The notes under the pieces: generated by a model
Seen by the model: only the letters and a program-made list of their open reading frames with translations
What the model was told of the DNA's origin: nothing
Databases searched by the model: none
Made by a program: the position numbers and the translations under genes
NCBI RefSeq assembly: GCF_964204645.1
Contig: NC_134035.1
Location: 1,922,001-1,986,000, forward strand
Length of the DNA: 64,000 nucleotides
Direction: 5' to 3'
Source of the DNA: Tubulanus polymorphus
Lineage: Eukaryota > Animalia > Nemertea
Part shown: positions 55,511-64,000 of the stretch, in pieces
Numbering within the stretch: the first letter of the stretch is position 1
Layout of the letters: each line of letters begins with the position of its first letter

Positions 55511-55669
55511 GTAAACGTGTTGGTGATTTTTTTCGATTTAAATCTCTTTACATCCGTTAAATCGGATCGTTTTGCGGTAGATTTTACGGCCAATATCACA
55601 GAAGAGGTCGTTTGGACGGCGTAGAAATAGTTTTTGACGATCATCTATTGATGTAAACTGATATTTCAG

Positions 55670-55930
55670 ACGATGTTTTAATTCGATATTCCGTCGTCTG
55701 AAATGGCGCCACTTTCCGCACCCATCCCGCTCCTCAATCCTGATCGCCGCCGATATTCTTGAGGCCGACCTTTTTGAGATCACAAATTTCTGCAGGAGAA
55801 TATCATCACAGCAGCGACTGGTTGAAAAAATGAGATGGTCGAACGAACGGCAGAAGAAAACTGAAGAAACAAAGCCCCGTCGGCGGCGATCCCTCTCCCT
55901 CCTACCTCTTCAGCCCGGTGGCCATTTTTT
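55670..55930 (+). CDS. Possible upstream exon of the micro-exon gene (coding or 5' UTR)
   Basis: Acceptor atatttcag|, weak donor ttt|gtaaac. The open frame ends in phase 2 and joins exon 58744 in frame (...PGGHF-L-N-MAPKRK). Confidence 0.3.
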
Positions 55931-56956
55931 GTAAACTAGGCCTAAGTTTTTGAAGTGAAGTTTTGATTTTAGACCCGAGCTTTATACGTAGCTAAGGGTA
56001 GAAAATAAACAAAGCTTCCAGGTTGGGGTAGAGCTAGCTGAGTTCATTTTTGTCCAGTGTTAAGGGGTGTGAAATTAGTCCTAAAGATCAGAAATTATTT
56101 TGATAAGAATTATTCTGAATTGAGAGTTGCATCTGAAAATCAGCATTCGATCTCGGTTTCATCTTTGGTTTACTTTGAGTTAAAATTAGTTCATTTCAAT
56201 TTGCTTTAAACCTGAACTCTAAATCTGAGTTCAAAATTGATTGTAGTTAAAACATTGAAAATGAACTCAGTTAGCTCTAACTTACAACTGTGGAACTGGG
56301 TCCAGAACTGTAGAACTGGATCCTGATAGCTGCCTATATGAAATATACGACCCTGGGTACATTTTCCATAAACGAAATTAATCCTAAATCGATTCAATAT
56401 GCACCCGTGTTGAAGTAATTTAAAAGCGATTTTAGAGTAAGATTTTCTTCACGTAGGGCCTAGTCTAATTAGGTCCAGGGGTCAGTTTCACAAAAAATTT
56501 ATTGGTGAGATAAACTGAATTAAATGTAAATATTTTTAGAATCGATTTGAAAAACTTTCTTGCCAAGCTCATCTGCCAGCTGACAATTTAATCCGATAGA
56601 CACTCATAATTCATAGTATCCACTAGATGGCGAACTAGTCAAACCCTGGCTGCTCAATATTGAACGGCATGTCTTACAGTTGTTTGAATAATATACAACT
56701 CACTGAGACCTTAGATCACTATTAGCTGTGGATGATGTTGATACAAATCAACAAATAATAGGCAAAATATTATTATATTCTAGAATTATCTATTCTCATA
56801 AAATACTGAGCCATGAAATAGATTTTGGTGTCAAATTCATGTGATGAAATTGCTTCCCCGATTTTAGTTGGCCCTGGTTTTACAAGATTTTTGTATCCAT
56901 TAGTGTTGGTAAAGAATATTGTTTTCGATTAATTTCTATTTCAACTAGATTTGGCC

Positions 56957-57524
56957 GCACATCAGGTGGCCTAGCTCAGTCAGTTTTGGTAGTACGTAAC
57001 CTGTTATAAAGGTCTCAAATGAGATGGCACAGATAGGCGGCCAACCTTAAACTTTGATATTTAATCCATTTTACGTTGTATTGAAGATCATTTGAGTTAA
57101 AGAAGATTTAGGTTATCCCTCAATGCAGTTTAAATGGAACCGATGCTTTTAGATCAGCTGCCCATCTGTGCTTACCCTTTTGACCCGTTTCTTTAATATC
57201 AGGTATATACTACCTAAACTTACTGAGGGGCAGTCGTTTTTTAATCCATTGCACACTGTATCAAATGATTACAAAAAAGCCTTAGCAACTGAAGTTTGCT
57301 ATGTAGGCATGGAAATAAATTGTTAGAATTTAATGTTGGAATCATAGAGCCAATTTTCTTTATTTTAACTGATTTCAATGAAGACTTTTTTGCAATCCTT
57401 AAATACAGTGTAGAATGGATCAGAAAACAATGTTTTTCGTCAACTGCCAGTCCTTTCTGGTCCTAATAAGACTTCTATCAGGTATATACCACTAAAACTG
57501 ACTGAGCTAGGCCACCTGATGTGC
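56957..57524. mobile_element. Foldback element with ~40-bp TIRs inside a larger inverted repeat (about 56430-56550 vs 57820-57960)
   Basis: gcacatcaggtggcctagctcagtcagtttt / aaaactgactgagctaggccacctgatgtgc. Confidence 0.75.
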
Positions 57525-58747
57525 AAGTCAAGTCGAAATAGAAAATAGCTGTACAATTTTCGAGAAACTGACTCTTTGACCCAATTAGACTTGGACCCAC
57601 TTAGATGAAGAATATCTTAGGGTAAAAAAAATTGATACCTTGTTTCTCCGGCCGGCCGCCTATCTACCCTATACATTACTTTTTTTTAAAATCGTGATCA
57701 ATTTTACCATAACAGACCCGGCCGCTATAGAAATGAACTGTTTATAAATTTTATCATATTTTACAAAAATGACCCGGCCGCTGTGGAGAAACAAGGTATC
57801 ATTTTTGTTTAGCCTTACACTTAGAATCGATTATAAAATTTCATCATTAACTAAAGTTTATCTCGCCAATAAAATTTTCGTGAAACTGACTGTTAGACCC
57901 AATTAGACTAGGACCCACTTAGACAAAAAATATCTTACACTTAAAATCGATTTTAAATTTCTTCATTAATGCAGGTGAATTTAGTGAATGTTGAATTGAT
58001 TTACAGGGTTTTATTTTTACGTTCATGAAACGGAATGGACCAATGTCTTCATAATTTTTGCATTACATCCGTTACTTTGTGATATTTCTCTTAACCCTTT
58101 CAGTGCTGACTGATCAATAGCTTATAGTGCTGGAGATAATTTTAAAATTTTGAAAAATTCTGCCATAGTTTGTTGAATAACGGGAATACCACTATAGCGC
58201 GTCTACACCGCGGCACGGTGTATCATTAGCTACTTGTATTTCGCTATGTTTGACAGGTGCTGCCATCTTTCAATAGAGATAAAAACTAATTACTTATTAC
58301 ATCAAGACACCACAGTGCGGTGTACTAGCAAAATCCATCACCGATTTATATACCACACTGTGCTGTAGACACACTGAAGGGGTTAAACTTTTGAACACAC
58401 CTCAATTTGGTCTCGATACGACCAGAGTGAAAATGTGCAGTCTGAATAAACAGTTGTATTTACATCCACTTTACACCATATTGAAGAATTGCCAAAAAGT
58501 CTTCATTTTCTCATGTTGCAATTACAAAAGATCAGCCATTTTTGAAATTCTAAGATGTTGGGCCAGATGTTAATGTGTTGTCTCTGAAATTGTTTCTATT
58601 AAAACCCAAGGGCTACCCTCCATAGCCCTGACTGATTACAGATCTGTCATCTGGCGGATTTGTTTACAATCGATATGCCAATTTTCAAATGATGATAAGT
58701 GTCGTCGCTTAAATGTTTATGATGTCTCTATTTTGTTTTCTAGAAAT

Positions 58748-61716
58748 ATGGCTCCAAAACGAAAGCAGATAGTAAGTATTCATTTTTTTTTGTTCCAATA
58801 ATATGTCTGTATCTACATTGATACCTAGTATACTTACCTGAGTAGATGTGCACTACGTCATTGATATATCGGAGCTAGATTTAAATCCCCCGCCCCCACT
58901 CCCCCTGGTGTTGGCGTTCATACCAACCCATCAAAGATACCGTCCACTACACCTCACTAACCATCCAGGATACAGATGGAATAATGAATTAAATGTGGAA
59001 TTGAACCCGGGACCGGTTATCATTTGATGTTACAATCAATATTCAAAACTGAAACATTTTCTGGGGCCGGTTCCATAGTCAGGGCTTTAGACTTAAGATC
59101 AGTCTGAGACCAACTTGGTTCTATAGCCAATCTAACAACTTAAGACGAGTCTTAAGATTTAAGACCACTTTCGGACTTAAGTCTCGATTGACGTGCAACC
59201 GCCCCCAGATGCTTATTTTTCAAATAATTCTAATGAATGTGAATGTTATTGTTCTTTTTTAACAGCCAGAAGTCCTGGAGGAAATTCCGCCGCCAGTAAG
59301 TTTAGATTTTATGATATCATTTTATATAAACCTGTTTTGTTTAACCTGGTCCTCTGAAGCCGGTTAGACTGGTATTATGTTTAACCCGTGCTCAGTTAAC
59401 TGAATTCACTTTTAATCAAGTTAACCCAGATTTATTAAAGTAAACATTGGTCTCCATAAAACTGGCGCTTAGATTCATTGATCATTTAATGAATGATTTT
59501 TATAGATATGAATGTTAATTCTCTTTTCTAGATAACAGTAGAAGCGGAAATTCATTTTGTAAGTTTTCTATTAATCTCCTCGGTGGAATATGATATCTAC
59601 CATTTTCGCTGAGAGTCATTGAAACTTCATAACTCTTTAAGCAAGTTGTAACTGATTTCGTCTTCAGTTTGTGCGCGCGCTCACTTACACATACGCTTAT
59701 ATTTGCGCATGTAGTTCATAATTATCATCAAACTCGTAGTAATAACGATAATAGTAATGATAATAATTACAATTGTCATTTTTAAAGTGCAAATATCCCG
59801 ATAAAAGGAATTATCAAACTGATTTATCGCATGGTGTTTTTGGTTTTCTCTCATTGTAACAAGTTTACTCTGATGAAATCTTTTTCCAGATATTAAACCT
59901 GTCTGGTATTCGTTTTAATCATGATCTCTGTTAAATGTGTGCTACTCAATATGAAATAACAATGCAATTAATTACTATTCTTTCATCGCGACAGTTTGCT
60001 GCTGCTGCAGCAGCAGCAGCAACGACAACAGAAGTTTGAATTTTTCTGTTTAATGGACTCTATATCGTTTGAATCAAACTGTAAAACAAACAAATACAGA
60101 AATATCAAAGTTACAGAGATCAGAGTTTTAATGCAAGAAATTAATGAATTCTCTTTTCTTTTATTGCAACAGAACAGACAAACAGCGACGAATACAGTAA
60201 GTTTGAATTTTTCTGTTTAATGGACTTTATATTGTTTAAATAAAACCCTAAAACAAACGAATACAGAAATATCAGGGTTTTTCCAAATACAGATATAAAA
60301 CTTGTCTCTTGTTTTAATTATAATATGATCTCCTGTGTTTAATGTTTGCTACTGAATATGAAATAATGCAAGAAATTCATGAATTCTCTTCTTTTTTTTT
60401 ATTGCGACAGAATTCAGCGACGATGACGACAACAACAACAGCACCAGAAGTAAGTGAGAAGTTTTCTGTATCATGGAATATCTAGTCGTGTTTATTTCTT
60501 TCTTACAGACGATGATTTGTTTGTGATTTTCATCTTATATTTCATACCGGGAACAAAGTCATGAAAATAATCCTGCTTTCAATGAAATAAATTCCCGTCA
60601 CTTAGAATTATTTTATAATCAAGTTTTTTTTTATATAATATTAGCGCACACAGTCAAATCTGGAAACATTTGCTCACGGATATATGTGCATATATTTTAT
60701 GTATCTCTTTTATTGATGTATTAATGTTTACTGTATTTAACGTGTGAACGTGAAATAACAAAACTAAAATGAATTCTCTTTTTTTCTTTCATGTCATCAG
60801 CGTAAACAAACAGCAGCAAAGGCAGTAAGTATTAATTCTTCTGTTACCTTGAAACAACCGATTCTTATGAGTTTTTCGTCAGAATTATCATCAAAGTTAC
60901 AGAATTTAATCGGAGTTCGATTCCCTTCATAACTTATCGTTTTTGACCTGAATGTGAATGTTATTGTTCTTTTCTAACAGCCAGAAGTCCTGGAGGAAAT
61001 TCCGCCGCCAGTAAGTTTAGATTTTATGATATCATTTTATGTAAACCTGTTTTGTTTAACCTGGTCCTCTGAAGCCGGTTAGACTGGTATTATGTTTAAC
61101 CCGTGCTCAGTTAACTGAATTCACTTTTAATCAAGTTAACCCAGATTTATTAAAGTAAACATTGGTCTCCATAAAACTGGCGCTTAGATTCATTGATCAT
61201 TTAATGAATGATTTTTATAGATATGAATGTTAATTCTCTTTTCTAGATAACAGTAGAAGCGGAAATTCATTTTGTAAGTTTTCTATTAATCTCCTCGGTG
61301 GAATATGATATCTACCATTTTTGCTGAGTCATTGAAACTTCATAACTCTTTAAGCAAGTTGTAACTGATTTCGTCTTCAGTTTGTGCGCGCGCTCACTTA
61401 CACATACGCTTATATTTGCGCATGTAGTTCATAATTATCATCAAACTCGTAGTAATAACGATAATAGTAATGATAATAATTACAATTGTCATTTTTAAAG
61501 TGCAAATATCCCGATAAAAGGAATTATCAAACTGATTTATCGCGTGGTGTTTTTGGTTTTCTCTCATTGTAACAAGTTTACTCTGATGAAATCTTTTTCC
61601 AGATATTAAACCTGTCTGGTATTCGTTTTAATAATGATCTCTGTTAAATGTGTGCTACTCAATATGAAATAACGCAATTAATTACTATTCTTTCATCGCG
61701 ACAGTTTGCTGCTGCT

Positions 61717-61760
<44 letters not shown>

Positions 61761-62151
61761 GACAACAGAAGTTTGAATTTTTCTGTTTAATGGACTCTAT
61801 ATCGTTTGAATCAAACTGTAAAACAAACGAATACAGAAATATCAAAGTTACAGAGATCAGAGTTTTAATGCAAGAAATTAATGAATTCTCTTTTCTTTTA
61901 TTGCAACAGAACAGACAAACAGCGACGAATACAGTAAGTTTGAATTTTTCTGTTTAATGGACTTTATATTGTTTAAATAAAACCCTAAAACAAACGAATA
62001 CAGAAATTTCAGGGTTTTTCCAAATACAGATATAAAACTTGTCTCTTGTTTTAATTATAATATGATCTCCTGTGTTTAATGTTTGCTACTGAATATGAAA
62101 TAATGCAAGAAATTCATGAATTCTCTTCTTTTTTTATTGCGACAGAATTCA

Positions 62152-62183
<32 letters not shown>

Positions 62184-63907
62184 AAAAACGACAGCACCAG
62201 AAGTAAGTGAGAAGTTTTCTGTATCATGGAATTTCTAGTCGTGTTTATTTCTTTCTGACAGACGATGATTTGTTTGTGATTTTCATCGTATATTTCATAC
62301 CGGGAACAAAGTCATGAAAATAATCCTGCTTTTAATGAAATAAATGCCCGTCACTTAGAATTATTTTATAATCAAGTTTTTTTTATATAATATTAGCGCA
62401 CACAGTAAAATCTGGAAGCATTTGCTCACGGATATATGTGCATATATTTTATGTATCTCTTTTATTGATGTATTTATATTTACTGTATTTAATGTGTGAA
62501 CGTGAAATAACAAAACTAAAATGAATTCTCTTTTTTTCTTTCATGTCATCAGCGTAAACAAACAGCAGCAAAGGCAGTAAGTATTAATTCTTCTGTTACC
62601 TTGAAACAACCGATTCTTATGAGTTTTTCAACAGAATTATCATCAAAATTACAGAATTTAATCGGAGTTTGATTCCCTTCGTAACTTATCGTTTTTGACC
62701 TGAATGTGAATGTTATTGTTCTTTTCTAACAGCCAGAAGTCCTGGAGGAAATTCCGCCGCCAGTAAGTTTAGATTTTATGATATCATTTTATATAAACCT
62801 GTTTTGTTTAACCTGGTCCTCTGAAGCCGGTTAGACTGGTATTATGTTTAACCCGTGCTCAGTTAACTGAATTCACTTTTAATCAAGTTAACCCAGATTT
62901 ATTAAAGTAAACATTGGTCTCCATAAAACTGGCGCTTAGATTCATTGATCATTTAATGAATGATTTTTATAGATATGAATGTTAATTCTCTTTTCTAGAT
63001 AACAGTAGAAGCGGAAATTCATTTTGTAAGTTTTCTATTAATCTCCTCGGTGGAATATGATATCTACCATTTTTGCTGAGAGTCATTGAAACTTCATAAC
63101 TCTTTAAGCAAGTTGTAACTGATTTCGTCTTCAGTTTGTGCGCGCGCTCACTTACACATACACTTATATTTGCGCATGTAGTTCATAATTATCATCAAAC
63201 TCGTAGTAACAACGATAATAGTAATGATGATAATTACAATTGTCATTTTTAAAGTGCAAATATCCCGATGAAAGGAATTATCAAACTGATTTATCACGTG
63301 GTGTTTTTGGTTTTCTCTCATTGTAACAAGTTTACTCTGATGAAATCTTTTTCCAGATATTAAACCTGTCTGGTATTCGTTTTAATAATGATCTCTGTTA
63401 AATGTGTGCTACTCAATATGAAATAACAACGCAATTAATTACTATTCTTTCATCGCGACAGTTTGCTGCTGCTGCAGCAGCAGCAGCAGCAGCAACGACA
63501 ACAGAAGTTTGAATTTTTCTGTTTCATGGACTCTATATCGTTTGAATCAAACTGTAAAACAAACGAATACAGAAATATCAAAGTTACAGAGATCAGAGTT
63601 TTAATGCAAGAAATTAATGAATTCTCTTTTCTTTTATTGCAACAGAACAGACAAACAGCGACGAATACAGTAAGTTTGAATTTTTCTGTTTAATGGACTT
63701 TATATTGTTTAAATAAAACCCTAAAACAAACGAATACTGAAATATCGAGGTTTTTCCGAATACAGATATAAAACTTGTCTTTTGTTTTAATTATAATATG
63801 ATCTCCTGTGTTTATTAATGTTTGCTACTGAATATGGAATAATGCAAGAAATTAATGAATTCTCTTTTCTTTTATTGCAACAGAACAGACAAACAGCGAC
63901 GAATACA
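58748..63907 (+). CDS. Micro-exon gene encoding a repetitive Pro/Glu/Ala/Thr-rich protein; continues past the window end
   Basis: First exon 58748-58771 MAPKRKQI. Unit 1: 59266-59295 PEVLEEIPPP; 59532-59558 ITVEAEIHF; 59995-60033 FA8TTTE; 60173-60196 NRQTATNT; 60411-60449 NSATMTTTTTAPE; 60801-60824 RKQTAAKA. Unit 2: 60981-61010, 61247-61273, 61705-61770, 61910-61933, 62146-62202, 62553-62576. Unit 3: 62733-62762, 62999-63025, 63462-63506, 63646-63669, 63884-63907. All follow a polypyrimidine tract plus YAG, all are multiples of 3 without stops, and 15 of 18 have GTAAGT donors. Confidence 0.75.
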
Positions 63908-64000
63908 GTAAGTTTGAATTTTTCTGTTTAATGGACTTTATATTGTTTAAATAAAACCCTAAAACAAACGAATACAGAAATTTCAGGGTTTTTCCAAATA
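59234..64000 (+). repeat. ~1.72-1.75-kb near-identical tandem repeat (units start 59234, 60949, 62701) carrying the six-exon module
   Basis: Unit periods are 1715 and 1752 bp. Differences are mostly trinucleotide-tract lengths plus a duplicated NRQTATNT module in unit 3. Confidence 0.95.

Noticed and set aside
59996-63693. Three poly-Gln ORFs (MLLLQQQ...) in the ORF track
   Set aside because: They start at TTG and run through AT-rich intron-like sequence. The splice signals place the CAG/GCA tract in the Ala frame of a micro-exon.

Overview
AT-rich, intron-rich eukaryotic DNA from an invertebrate animal. The species cannot be determined from the sequence. Main contents: (1) A spliced + strand gene (about 5151-16678) encoding a FAM105/OTULIN-family OTU deubiquitinase. 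It has an intact catalytic Cys and His, Asp in place of OTULIN Asn341, an N-terminal hydrophobic segment, a ~580-aa disordered linker and a possible in-frame cassette exon. (2) An ~18-kb composite tandem array (23370-41265) of five ~3-3.5-kb units arranged as a higher-order dimer. (3) An intronless rhodopsin-class GPCR on the - strand, broken by a 1-nt frameshift in TM1. (4) A 5'-truncated Penelope-like (Neptune-type) retroelement with an open RT-end/GIY-YIG frame beside a GATA/GACA microsatellite. (5) The most striking feature, which the ORF track misses: a + strand micro-exon gene from 58748 to beyond the window end. It has 18 phase-0 exons of 24-66 coding nt, 15 with perfect GTAAGT donors. 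After the first exon they sit in a ~1.7-kb tandem repeat and encode a Pro/Glu/Ala/Thr-rich modular protein starting MAPKRK. Many MITEs, tRNA-derived SINEs and mini/microsatellites fill the rest. All gene models are manual reads of splice signals; no transcript data or database search was available.
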